A stretch of 64,000 nucleotides of DNA from contig NC_043019.1 of NCBI RefSeq assembly GCF_006345805.1, positions 25,357,360-25,421,359 on the forward strand, in the 5' to 3' direction. The translations under genes and the position numbers were made by a program. This DNA comes from Octopus sinensis. Lineage: Eukaryota. The notes below the pieces were generated by a model. That model did no database searches. It had not been told where the DNA came from and saw nothing but the letters and a program-made list of their open reading frames with translations. Below, in pieces: positions 37,591 to 50,193 of this stretch (positions are counted from its first letter, which is position 1; each line of letters begins with the position of its first letter).

Positions 37591-39044
37591 ACAGAAATTT
37601 CCTTATTTATTCTTACTCACAGACACACATATTTCATATTTATACATTTTTCATATATACATTCATTTTGTGTGTGTGTGTGTGTATATCATCATCATCG
37701 TTTCACGTCCGCTTTCCATGCTATATGTATCTATATATGTGTGTGTGTGTGTGTGTGTGCACACCTATTTCCATATTTATACACACATACACACCCATAT
37801 ATATTTCCATATTCACACATACGCATAATATTATATATAATGGAAGGTGTGTTTGTGTGTATGCCCTGTAGGGTGATGATACGCTTGTGACAAGTGAATT
37901 CTAGCCGAAGTCTTATCATCGTTTCTGGTTTCCAATCTCAATAGAACATCCTTCTGTTGATTCACTTTTGGAAAGGCATCACCTCTGTTTATTCTCCTAA
38001 AATCCTTCCTGTCTTCATGTTACATATGAAGAGGCAATGGGGAGACCTATTCTAGGGAACTTACTAACATACCCCCTGTAGTGCTTCCAGCACCACCCTT
38101 GTCATTATACTAGGCCCAGGCATTAGTGTGTATGTCTAAGTTTACCTTGGAACCATGTGATTTCTAGGTTGGATCCTGACTGCATGGCACCTTGGGTACA
38201 TCTTTCAGCAATTCAGATACTCAATAATGTCTGAAGGAGAGAAACCCTTCCTTGTGTATTATGTGGCATCTGGAATAGAGAGAGAGGAAAAAATATCCCC
38301 TACTCACACTTTCTGTCTGCCTTAACTGCAGAATTAAGATATTGGAGACCATCATCTCTCTGAAACTTCACTGTCATTCATTTCTATAACCATCAAGCTG
38401 GAATTTCTTGAGTGGTTCACAGAATGAGAGAAGTTATTTCTTCAAAATCTGAATGCCCTAGTTGTCCCTTTTGGTAGTAGCCCCCCACTTGTTTTCTTTT
38501 GAAGCTTTTCCCTCGCTCAGAATGAAAATATATATAAAACCAAAGTCTAACCATTTAGCAATCAGATTATCCTGTCAATTCATAGTTTTTAAAAGTTTAA
38601 TCATGAATTATCTTGTTGCTTCAAGATTTTGATGATGTGATAGAATGACATTGTAGGGAAGGTATTGATCTAGCTGGTTTGAACCATTAAACTGGTCGAA
38701 TATTTTGGCTGTATATGGCTGGTTTAAATGCTAAAGGAACTTGCCCCACAATGTAACAGAAATGCCATTACAAATCTGTAATATTCATAAATAACGTTTC
38801 AAAATGGTGTGAATTAAGGATGGTAGGTATCCTGGGTGGAAGAAAGTTAAACCAAGGAAGATTCTCTGGGAAAATATGGGAAATAAACTTAGGTCTACAA
38901 TGGATGAAATGGAGGTTTTTGGCATATTATGGCACAAAAGGTGGGTTTTTTTTTTATAGATTCTTCCTTTATTTAATTCTTTGAAATCTCGCAGCCAAGT
39001 TTTATAATTTCTGATGTTTTTTTGTTTGTTTGTTTTATTCACAG

Positions 39045-39149
39045 AATTAAAGTCAATGACCAGATCATCGAAGTTGACGGCAAAAGTCTGGTGGGCGTCA
39101 CCCAAGCGTATGCAGCATCAGTGCTGAGAAACACGAGTGGAACTGTGAG
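39045..39149 (+). CDS. PPP1R9A/B: Neurabin/spinophilin exon D: PDZ domain ([35 protein letters not shown])
   Basis: ttattcacag| ... TGAG|gtaagc; 105 nt, phase 2 to 2. Continues the PDZ after a 19.3-kb intron. Confidence 0.97.
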
Positions 39150-39231
39150 GTAAGCTGCCGTTTGGGTCTAACTTTATCAGTTCATGTTTGTGGGAGTGAA
39201 GCTTGGTTATTTTCCTATCTGTATAAAGAAA

Positions 39232-39264
<33 letters not shown>

Positions 39265-39795
39265 AGGGGATTAAAGATTGGTATCTGTGTCAAAGATTAT
39301 GCTGTTTTTTTTTGTGTGTTTTTGAGGAACAGAAACTCTGTTGATAAAGTGGTGGTGGTCATATTGGTGGTGTGGTGTGTGGGGTTAGGATGATGGTGTA
39401 TGGTGTCGATGGTGTCATAGTTGTAGTAGCAGTTTCAAGGTAGGAGTAGCAGTTGTATTTTGGATAGGATTGGTAATATTGCATATACTACTTGTTGTAG
39501 TAGTAGTAGTAGTGGTGGTGGTGATGGTGGTGGAATTTCTGATAATACTGATTACTTAGACACAATGACTAATTCCAGACCCCTTCAGAGATGCACACAC
39601 ACACACATACACACACACACATACACACACACATACACACACACACACATACACACAACATCACATATCCACGCACAGAAATAGACTAAGAGGACCCATC
39701 ATTCTGACTATTTATGAGTGTGATACTGTATCTTTCCTTCGGGGTTTTGCATAACAACAACCAGCAAACACAAAACATGGTACTTAATTCTAATA

Positions 39796-40014
39796 TAAGA
39801 CGGCGAGCTGGCAGAATCGTTAGCACGCGGGGCGAAATGCTTAGCGGTATTTCGTCTGCCGTTACGTTGTGAGTTCAAATTCCGCTGAGGTCGACTTTGC
39901 CTTTCATCCTTTCGGGGTCGATAAATTAAGTACCAGTTACGCACTGGGGTTGATGTAATCGACTTAATACCTATGCCTGTCCTTGTTTAGCCCCTTGTGA
40001 GTAATAAAGAAATA
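39796..40014 (+). mobile_element. SINE family B with 17-bp TSD
   Basis: ggtacttaattctaata at 39779-39795 and 40015-40031. Confidence 0.9.
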
Positions 40015-40631
40015 GGTACTTAATTCTAATAGTTGTTAGTCTTTACATTTTTCTCTCAGTTCCAAATAACCACCACCGCCATTATCATCACCACCACCAC
40101 CACCACCACTGCCACCATCACCACCATATTCACATTTGTTTTTTCCATGTTAGCATGAGTTGTAAGAGTCTTCTTCCAATAGTTACCACTTGTTGCCTTT
40201 CTTTGCCATTATTTTTTTCTTCATCAGATTCACATTCCTCTGGTTGTCGTCTTTCACCACTTCTTCTCATATTTTCCTCATTCTTTTTCTCTTCACCTCA
40301 GCTTCCTTCCTTTTTTAAACCTGAATACCCTTACACACACACACCAACTTTTTCCTCTCAGATCATTTCTGTTCCATCATTTTTGCACATTAACATCACA
40401 CATCCAGCAGAGGATGCCTGCCACCACTTCATTCCAGCTTCCTTTTCCATGTCCTCTGCAATCACTCCATGTTTTGCTGCCCTGCAGCATCACCTTTCGT
40501 ACACAAGTATCATACAATCTGCTATTTATTTGAACAGAATGCCTCTTTGTTGCCAACAGCCATAATAGTTTTCCTGTCTATATTTTTACTCTGGTTCCTA
40601 AAGTTTCAGGAAAGTTTTCTCTACTGTTATA

Positions 40632-40925
40632 GGCACAGGTATGGCTATATGGTAAGAAGTTTGCTTCCCAACCACATGGTTCCAGGTTCAGTCCCGCTGC
40701 ATGGCATCTTGGGCAAGTGTCTTCTACTATAGCCCCGGGCCAATCAAAGCCTTGTGAATGGATTTAGTCGACGGAAACTGAAGGAAGCCTGTCATGTATA
40801 TGTGTGTGTGTGTTTATGTCAGTGTTTGTCCTCCATCACTGCTTGAGAACTGGTGTTAGTGTGGTTATGTCCTTGTAACTTAGTAGTTTGGTAAAAAAGA
40901 CTGATGGAATAAGTACCAGACTTTT
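40632..40925 (+). mobile_element. SINE family A copy (older, 3'-truncated)
   Basis: Head and body match family A. Confidence 0.75.
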
Positions 40926-42986
40926 AAAAAAGACAAGGGCTATGTATCAGCTACTCTTATTCATATATTTAATACTATGACATCAGCACTCTATACAACC
41001 CTTCGTCATAACATTAGCAATATGTACCAGCCTGCTGTCTTTTATTTAACACTGTGACACTTGGCCTATGTAAGGGCCTTAAAGGTTTCTCAATACTTTT
41101 ATATTGATGTATTTTATTATTATGATTGTCCACTGTCCCTCTGGAATGCCCATAACCTTTTGGTTTGAAGCTATAAAAATATACCAGACTGTGTCACTAG
41201 AAATTGATTACCTTTCACTGGCTCAGTCCATGTATATGTATATAGGCACCAGGGAGTGAAACTCACCTGTGTAAAGTACAAGAGGTATTTCGTTTCATTA
41301 GTGATGACTTTTCTTTTTGCTAGATGACAGTGCTAAGCTTAAAATCTTGTGGTTCTCCTGAGCAAAATCCTGAAGTCTTATGATAATGTGGTTATTAAGC
41401 TTTACTTTTATATTACACTATGGAAGACTAGGGATTATAATTTTTTATGACTTAATAGAGTTGTCACTATTGTTACATATTTAGGAGAGGTTGTAATTTA
41501 CTTATGGAATGTATTTATTGATACGGTTGTACATTGGGTAAATGTGTTTGAAAGTTGTGGTTCCTTTGGTATGTTTGTTCCCAAACAACACTTATTTTAG
41601 TGCTGTTGACACTGCCGGATTGGATGGTACTGCTCAGGTGTCGAAACCACAATGATATCCGTGGGGCAGCTGATGATGGAGGTATGATGGATTGTTGGTA
41701 TGGCTGTTTTTGTTTATGTGGATTAGTATTATTGGATTATTGGTATGGCTGCAGAATAGTATTATAACACATCCTTTTGATAAATTTTTCTGAAGAACAA
41801 CTCTTGAAAATATATAAATTTGCAGGACTATGCAACCAGTCCCCATACTAAAAATGATAAAAACATGACAGAATTATTACAGGGTTCCAAAATCTGTAGT
41901 TTTTTTGTTTTTTGTTTTTTTTTTGTTTTACTTCTGGTGGAGCAGGGAGGTAGAGAAAAAGGATGAGGAAGTAAAGTTTACGCAGATAGAAAAAACATGT
42001 TTGTTAGGAAGTGTTTTATCTTGAATGCATGTATGTACTGCCATGACTATCTAGAGATTCTGGATACTTAAAAGATCTGGCTGATATCCTGATGTTGCAG
42101 TGGGTAGAAGAGTTACTGTTATTGTTGTTGTTGTTGTTATATACCCTGGCTGTTATTGTTGTAATAGTAGTCAGAATCAGAGGAGATATCGTCCTGTTAT
42201 AAAACAAATCCACTTATCTCCTTTTAAAAGTCCTCCTCACTTGTTCATTACTTCATCTTTCTTCCATCTTGTTATTTCTTCTTTTTCTTTCATCTCCTAT
42301 CTTCTTTTCATCTTTTCTATTTTCCTCTCATATTATTTCACGTATTATTCCTCCATTTCAACCCCTACCCCTATCTCACTTATCATCCTTTCCATCTTTT
42401 CCCTATTTTTCTTCCCTATTCACTTTTCCCTTTTATTCTATTTTTATTTCTCATTTCTTTTGGTCCTTATTCACTTTCTTCTTTCATTGTCCCCTATTCT
42501 TTTGACTGTGTTCATCATCATCATCACCATCATCATTATTATTATTATTATTCCACCGAGGTCGACTTTGCCTTTAGTCCTTTCGGGATTGATAAAAGTA
42601 AGTACTGTCTATCTACAGTATATCTACTTCCAGTGTAGACTATGCCTTGATTTCTTTTTTGTTTCCCCTTTTCTTTTGTATGTTAGCTGTTAGTCCCTAA
42701 TTAGGTGTTGTAATATAATTGGGACCACAATAGTTTGTACTCACAAACATTTACTTAGCAGAAGTTATTGGACGTTTATAAACTACAGCATCTTTCTGTG
42801 GATGTTGAGGTTTTCGTGTTGGGTAAAGTTGTTAAAAAACTTACTGATGGTCTGTGATTTTCGAAAGGCAGGTGTTGTTGTTAACAGTGCTTTGGCCCAG
42901 ATCCAGTGGAATTTATAATCAGATGTGTTGCAGTTTTGAAACAGCTTTGTTTATCCCTGATGGCATTATCCAACCATGGTAAAGTA

Positions 42987-43377
42987 AGGGAGGAAGCACT
43001 CCGTCGGTTACGACGATGAGGGTTCCGGTTGATCCGAATCAACGGAACAGCCTGCTCGTGAAATTAACGTGTAAGTGGCTGAGCACTCCACAGACACGTG
43101 TACCCTTAACGTAGTTCTCGGGGATATTCAGCGTGACACAGAGAGTGACAAGGCCGGCCCTTTGAAATACGGGTACAACAGAAACAGGAAGTAAGAGTGA
43201 GAGAAAGTTGTGATGAAAGAGTATAGCAGGGATCACTACCATCCCTTGCTGGAGCCTCGTGGAGCTTTAGGTGTTTTCGCTCAATAAACACTCACAACGC
43301 CTGGTCTGGGAATCGAAACCACGATCCTATGACCGCGAGTCCGCTGCCCTAACCACTGGGCCATTGCGCATCCACCT
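42987..43377 (-). mobile_element. tRNA-derived SINE family D, full length, 11-bp TSD
   Basis: Minus-strand head tggcccagtggttagggcagcggactcgcggtc...gtttcgattccc (A and B boxes); TSD atggtaaagta at 42976-42986 and 43378-43388. Related partial copies at about 58890-59100 and 61230-61550. Confidence 0.85.
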
Positions 43378-44477
43378 ATGGTAAAGTATTTGGTGTTTGG
43401 AAGGGCATCCAGCTGTAGAAACCAAGTTGAAACAGACTATGGCTCTCCAGCCATGCCAGCATCTGTTAAACTGTCCAGTCTATGCTAGCATGGAAAATGG
43501 ACATTAAATGATGATAATGATGATAGGGTGTATGGTTTGAGGGAAGTTTGGCTGCTATTTCAGGCATATCAAGTGACTGCATAACAGTCTCTCTCTCTCT
43601 CTCTCTCTCAGCTCATTTCTGAAGTGTGCAACTTGTAGATGCTATGACCAGTTGTTGATGTCTACATGGGGATTGCCCGATCAATCAATGTTCAGAGGCT
43701 GTGAATGATTTGGTTGTGTATATTGACCATGGCCTGTTTCTCTCTGATGTGCAGCCTGATATGTGTATTAGCTGCTCTAGCCAACCAACTTGATGGCTGT
43801 TCACTGTGAGCTGTTTGGTTCCTCTCTGCAGCATGCGACCTGCTTTATGACATAACTTCAACAAATAATTGATTTCATTTAAAAACAAAGAAATTATTTA
43901 ATTAAAAAAACGTTTATTTCATTTATTTATTATTTTCTCTTTTTTTTTTTTGCATCTATCAGATCTTTTGATTATTTCTCAAACTATTGGAACAAAAATG
44001 GATTTAAGAGGAATCTGGGATTGTTGTTGGTGAGATTAGGAGAAAAGAAAAAAAATTGCAGACTGAAGTAAATAGTGTTGGCACAATCTGCAAGAAATTT
44101 ATGGTTGGCATTGCAAGGAGAATGGTTATTTTATGACTTCCAGCCAGTATGATGGATCTCTCAAACAAAAGTTCTACATGTTTGCAGATATTTTTCTTGA
44201 TTCTCAAAGATTTTAGTCTTGAAAATTTCTTTAGTATTTTACAAGATTTAAACATATCTGATGCCAATTGCCACCACCATTTCAAAGAACAGTTCTACTC
44301 TATTTCACCTTCCCCTCTAATCCTGGTGAAATTCAATATTTATCAAGGAAGTGAGAAATTCTGTGACTCTTTGGGTCTCTTAATAATAATTCTTGTATCT
44401 GTTTTGTTTTCGGCTTGTTTCATTGGATTCATTTTTCATGGCTTCAAAATTTCTGATCTACTTCGAAATTCTTCTAG

Positions 44478-44787
44478 GATTCAAATTGGTCGCGAGAAGG
44501 ATCCAAGCAAAAGTGAGGTGGCCCGTTTGATCCAGCAGGCTTTGGACCAGGACCGGAAGAAAGAGGAGATGCACAGAAAGGACCAGGAGAGACTCGAGAG
44601 GCTCCAATCTGAATTCCAATCCAAAGACGAAGCTGAGCAACAGTACGACTACGACGAGAATGGCGAACTAGAAGACGAGGACGACGAAGAAGAGGACGAA
44701 GAAGACGAGGAGGAAGAGGACCTTGAAGAAGAAGTAGAGGAGGAGGAGGAGGAAGAGGAAGAAGAAGACGAGGAAGAACTTGGCAAG
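44478..44787 (+). CDS. PPP1R9A/B: Neurabin/spinophilin exon E: PDZ end and long acidic linker (IQIGREKDPSKSEVARLIQQALDQD...EEDEEELGK)
   Basis: ttctag|G, phase 2. IGRE...SEVAxLIQQxLxQ matches the family. The donor is AAG|gttgta (44787) or GTT|gtattg (44790); both are phase 0. Confidence 0.92.
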
Positions 44788-44884
44788 GTTGTATTGTATC
44801 AATTTCTTTACTTTTGTGTTTGTTTGTTATATTATTCTCAAGTATTTGTGAATGTGTAACTAATGCACACACACACACACACTA

Positions 44885-45255
44885 TATCTATCTATCTACC
44901 TACCTACCTACATATCTATCTATCTACCTACATATCTATCTATCTACCTACATATCTCTCTATCTATCTATCTTATCTATCTATCTTATCTATCTTATCT
45001 ATCTATCTTATCTATCTATCTTATCTATCTATCTTATCTATCTATCTTATCTATCTATCTTATCTATCTATCTTATCTATCTATCTTATCTATCTATCTT
45101 ATCTATCTATCTTATCTATCTATCTTATCTATCTATCTTATCTATCTATCTTATCTATCTATCTTATCTATCTATCTTATCTATCTATCTTATCTATCTA
45201 TCTTATCTATCTATCTTATCTATCTATCTTATCTATCTATCTTATCTATCTATCT

Positions 45256-45303
<48 letters not shown>

Positions 45304-45546
45304 ATCTATCTATCTATCTTACCTATCTATCTATCTATCTTACCTATCTATCTTACCTATCTATCTTACCTATCTATCTTACCTATCTATCTTACCTATC
45401 TATCTTACCTATCTATCTTACCTATCTATCTTACCTATCTATCTTATCTATCTATCTTATCTATCTATCTTATCTATCTGTCTATCTTATCTATCTTAAC
45501 TATCTATCTATCTAATCTGTCTATCTTATCTATCTTAACTATCTAT

Positions 45547-45609
<63 letters not shown>

Positions 45610-45610
45610 G
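44885..45610. repeat. (ATCT)n-derived array with 13-bp (TATCTATCTATCT / TACCTATCTATCT) periodicity
   Basis: Directly visible. Confidence 0.95.
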
Positions 45611-45866
45611 TCTGTCTGTCATTCTTTCTTATCTTTCTTTCTTTGTTTCTTTATATTGGAATCATTCCTGACATTTAAGTTATTGTGTACAATTTTAAAC
45701 ATAAAAACTAAACAAAATTGTGTCCATATAACATATCTGTACCTTCCACTTTCCAGCTGTGCCTTGTAAAAACCTAAGATTTATATTAAAATAGGGTTTA
45801 TTTGCATTCATTGATATTCGGTAAGCATGCATTACATCCATGCAGGAAACTCTGTCAATATATATA

Positions 45867-45928
<62 letters not shown>

Positions 45929-46423
45929 TATATATATATATATATATATATATAGATAGATAGATAGATAGATAGATATTAGTGTGTATGTTAGTCCAGT
46001 GTAATTTAAACATTAAACTGTGTGACAAACAGCCACGGTTTATAAACTATATATATATATATAGATAGATAGATAGATAGATATAAGTGTGTATGTTAGT
46101 CCAGTGTAATTTAAACTTTAAACTGTGTGACAAACAGCCAGCTGTTTATAAACTCTGTGTGTATTTCCGTTGTATTGTAACTTCATCCTTTCTTAGAAAA
46201 TCCTGGTTTGAGTCTTAGGAGTAGATGTAAAAAAAAAAACATGTGAGATTTTTCCCTAAAAAAAAATGCAAACAACTTTAATTCAACCTGACGGACCATT
46301 GGGAAAATTTAACCCTAACCCAGCAATAATCTAAATATCTCCTAAACAATCTTTCTTGTTTTTATTTGTTTTATTTCACTTCTGCCCTGTTAATTAGTGT
46401 TAAATTTAAATAAGTCTCTTTTA

Positions 46424-46978
46424 TACGAAAGTGAGTCAAAAAGTAATGTCATGTTGCTTAGGACAGTTATAATTACCAACACAGGAACATGTATCATACA
46501 TCAAAATGAAGCTGGTCCTCTGTGGATCACATCCCTACTTCTCAACACAGTCACCGTTTTTCTCTCAATAGCAATGTTCCACCTTCAGATGAGAGCATGT
46601 ATCTCTGTCCCTTAAAATTTTGTTGACTGTTCTTTGAGCCACTTCTTCATTACAGGTTTCACTTCCTCGTCACTGGAATAATGTTTGCCTCTCAAACCCT
46701 CTTTCATGGGGCCGAAGAGATGATAGTCCAGTGATGAGGAAGTGAAAATTGTAGTGAAGAAGTGGCTCAAAGAACAGTCAACAGAGTTTTAAGGGACAGG
46801 GATACATGCTCTCATCTGAAGGTGGAACATTGCTATTGAGAGAAACGGTGACTATGTTGAGAAGTAGGGATGTGATCCACAGAGGACCAGCTTCATTTTG
46901 ATGTGTGATACATGTTCCTGTGCTGGTAATTATACCTGTCCTAAACAAAATGGCATTACTTTTTGACTCACCCTCATA
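46424..46978. mobile_element. Mariner-derived fold-back element (two inverted transposon 3' ends)
   Basis: Arms 46424-46677 and 46727-46978 are reverse complements with TA ends. The arms encode SSDEEVK..VKKWLKEQSTEF*GTGIHALI*RWNIAIERNGDYVEK* and the spacer (minus strand) encodes DYHLFGPMKEGLRGKHY, mariner transposase C-terminal motifs. Confidence 0.92.
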
Positions 46979-47021
46979 TTTATTATTTGTGCTTATTTTC
47001 TTTTGTTGTTGTTGTTGTCAG

Positions 47022-47222
47022 GAGTTTGAAGAAGCCGACCAATCATTGGAAGACCCAATGGCAGGGGAAGCTACTCCATTGTCGATGCCTTCCAGCGAGC
47101 TGCTCAGCTCCCCGGAAGAAACTTCCAAAGCTTCTATAGAAGTGTTTGAGTTGGAGGAGAGTAGCAGTGAATCGATTTCACCCGATATGGAGTCCCAGGC
47201 AATGTTTGTCAAGTTAAAAGAA
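47022..47222 (+). CDS. PPP1R9A/B: Neurabin/spinophilin exon F (EFEEADQ...SIEVFELEESSSESISPDMESQAMFVKLKE)
   Basis: gttgtcag| ... GAA|gtaagt; 201 nt, phase 0-0. IEVFEL...SP...KxKE matches spinophilin [29 protein letters not shown]. Confidence 0.93.
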
Positions 47223-48815
47223 GTAAGTACCATTCTGTTTGTGGCTTGTTCTGATAAAATGACACCTCTCACTTTTTGGTTAAATGTTTTAGTTAGCAGA
47301 GGAAGGGCTGTTGCTGCGATCTTTGCAGGATCTTTGAGTCTGCTGAGGGGTAGGAAAAGAAGAATCTATAACTCTGTATATAAAGCCATTGTCCAATCTA
47401 ATCTCAGACGAAAGGTACACAAGAACCTTGTATTGGTGTTAAACCAAGTGGCTGCATATTAGACCCAACATCCTGTCCAGTAAAGGTATCCAGGGCCTTG
47501 CTGGTAGTATTAAGCCTACTGGCTCTGTGTTAAACCCAAAACCCAGTCTACTAGACACCCACAAGATTATCCACCATCTTTCCAACAATAACCTTGGGCA
47601 CTGTTTTGAATTCCTTATGTCTAACACTTGTGGATGTGCTTCCAAAATCAGAAAAAAGATAACACTGTACCCATGACTTTTCTCACACTCAGAGTTGTTA
47701 GCTATCAGGACACTACATCCTTCAAAACTCCCATGCTTCCCAAAATTCCCCAACAGTACACCTGATGCCTCACTCTACTTTTTTTTTTTTAAATGACTCA
47801 TTTACTCTTCATTTCCTGTGCATTATTCTATGGACTATTCGAGCACTTTTGGCTACTTTATTTGATGAGCTGTAATTCACCTGAGCACTGTAGACAATAA
47901 ATTCATTAGTATCATCATCATCATCATTGTTTAACGTCCGTTTTGCATGCTGGCAATGGGCTGGGCAGTTCAACTGGGGTCTGGGAAGCCAGGAGGCTGC
48001 ACCAGGCACCAGTCTGATCTGGCAATGTTTCTACAGCTGGATGCCCTTTCTAACGCCAACCACTCTGAGAGTGTAGTGGGTGCTTTTTACATACCACCAG
48101 CACAGGAGCCAGTCAAGGTGGTGCTGGCATTGGCCTCATTCGGATGGTGCTTTTTACATGCCACTAGCATGAGGACCAAAGCTACAATTTCCATTTGATT
48201 GTGATTTGATTTCATTTTGATGTTGATGTACTTGACTCAATAGGTCTCCTCAAGCACAGCATATTGCTCTACGATCCAATGGTACTTTTTGAGTTGGCCA
48301 GTTATGTGACACTAGTGTAGGTTACAGCTGTGATCTCACTTTATTTGCCGGTATATTTATCATTATTATATTCTAAATCTACCCAAGGAACAATAATGGT
48401 GTTAAACTGGGTGGTATGTTAGAGCCAACACCCAATCTACTAAAAACATCCAAGGACCGGTTGATGGTGTTAAACCAGGCAGTGTTTGGTCTACCACTCA
48501 AGCACTCTATTAGGAGTGTCAGAAACAGTTGTCGGGTTTAGCTATATCTGTTTATGTTCTGAGTTCAAATCCTGCAAGGGGCTTTGAATTGGTTTTGTGC
48601 CTTGCTAGGACTCCTTAAATTGTTCAACTAGATCCCTTTTATGTGTGATCCTATCAGAAATCAGTTTGCACCCATGTACACATACTTTTTCCCTCTTACT
48701 GACACACACACACACTTTCTCTCTTTCTCTCTCTCGCTCCCCCCCTCTCACACAAAACGCACACATTCACATGACATGTGACATATTATCATCCTTATAT
48801 TTTTTTATCTTTCAG

Positions 48816-48869
48816 CTCCAGTACAAAAATGCTGTTGCTGAAGCAGAATTAGCAAAATTGAAAGCAAAG
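48816..48869 (+). CDS. PPP1R9A/B: Neurabin/spinophilin exon G: coiled-coil start (LQYKNAVAEAELAKLKAK)
   Basis: ctttcag| ... AAG|gtgagt; 54 nt, phase 0-0. Matches spinophilin LQIKHAVTEAEIQQLKRK. Confidence 0.95.
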
Positions 48870-48877
48870 GTGAGTCG

Positions 48878-49375
48878 CATCACCACCACCACCATCATCA
48901 TCATCATCACCACCACCACCACATATCCACACTCATCATCATCATCACTACCACTACCACCGTCATCATCATCACCACCACAATCATCACCACCACCACC
49001 ACCTCCACTATCATCACCACCACCACTGTCATCAAAATCATCACCACCACCATCATCATCATCATCATCACCACTCATCATCACCACCACCACTCATCAT
49101 CATCATCACCACCACCACCACCACCACCGTCACCATCACCATCATCATCATCATCATCATCACCATCATCATCACCACCACCACCATCATCACCACTCAT
49201 CATCACCACTCATCATCACCACTCATCATCACCACCACCACCGTCATCAACATCATCACCACCACATTCATCATCATCACCACCATCATCCCCACCACCA
49301 TCACTGCCATCATCATCATCCCCACCACCACTACCACTGTCATCATCCCCACCACCATCACCATCATTATCAATA
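48878..49375. repeat. (CAT/CAC)n trinucleotide tract filling most of the intron between exons G and H
   Basis: Directly visible; about 500 of 596 intron nt. Confidence 0.95.
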
Positions 49376-49465
49376 TCAGTAAAACCAATAGTTCCTATAT
49401 TGTTGACTTGGTGGATTATTGCTAATCTATTCCCCCCACCCCCTGTATCTCTTTAATCCCTACAG

Positions 49466-49594
49466 ATGATACTGCTAGAAAACGCGGAAGGTCAGAAACG
49501 TCATTATGAGAAGAAATGTGAAGAAATGGCTCAACGCTTACTCGAAAAGGAGAAATCCCTTGAGAATTCTCGCAAAGAAATAAACAGATACCAG
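49466..49594 (+). CDS. PPP1R9A/B: Neurabin/spinophilin exon H: coiled coil (MILLENAEGQKRHYEKKCEEMAQRLLEKEKSLENSRKEINRYQ)
   Basis: ccctacag| ... CAG|gtagac; 129 nt, phase 0-0. Heptad-like E/K/R-rich peptide in frame with exon G. Confidence 0.88.
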
Positions 49595-49794
49595 GTAGAC
49601 TTCGGCCTTGATTCCTTTTGCTTGTTTTGGTGTTTTTTTTCTCATTTTGTTGTTTTTGTCATTGCTGCTAAACCCTTTTTAATGTGGAAGTCAGAGAGAT
49701 CCACGCCAAACTTCATGGCCCTTAATTCTGGGAAGTGGTTTTATAAGTCTCCCTTTTATTTGGGAATGGTTCAGAAAGTATAAATCTATTTTTT

Positions 49795-50193
49795 GTTCTT
49801 TTAGTTGTTTCAGTAATTTGACTGTGGCCTTGCTGGAGCACCACCTTGGAGAGTCTTGGTCAAACAAATCGCACCCCTCAGGACTTGTTTTTTTCCTTTT
49901 TAAGCCTGCTACTTATTTTATCAGTCTCTTTTGCTGAACTGCCAAGTTACAGGGATGTAAACAAACCAACACTGGTTGCCAAGTGGTGGTGAGGACACAC
50001 ACGCATATGCGCGCGCACACACAGACACACATAGATGGTGGGTTTCTTTCAGTTTCCATCTACTGAATCTGCTCTCAAGGTTTTGGTCAGCCCAAGGCTA
50101 TAGTAGAACACACATACCCAAGGTGCCTTACTGTGGGACTGAACCTGGAACCATGTGGTTGGGAAGCAAGCTTCTTACCACACAGTCATGCCT
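49795..50193 (-). mobile_element. SINE family A copy (diverged)
   Basis: Matches the family A reverse complement. Confidence 0.75.

Noticed and set aside
36640-37919. Long ORFs of YI/HT/CV/LS dipeptides, here and across the ORF track
   Set aside because: Translations of microsatellites that lack stop codons; no splice-consistent or family evidence.
41780-41825. CUGAAGA...GAAA hammerhead-like match
   Set aside because: Only 2 bp of stem II and a weak AU stem I; consistent with chance.
43295-43375. tRNA gene on the minus strand
   Set aside because: It is the tRNA-derived head of a TSD-flanked SINE; the acceptor stem is not intact.
48645-49382. 245-aa poly-His ORF as a separate gene
   Set aside because: Only 48816-48869 is exon; the remainder is intronic (CAY)n after a strong gtgagt donor.
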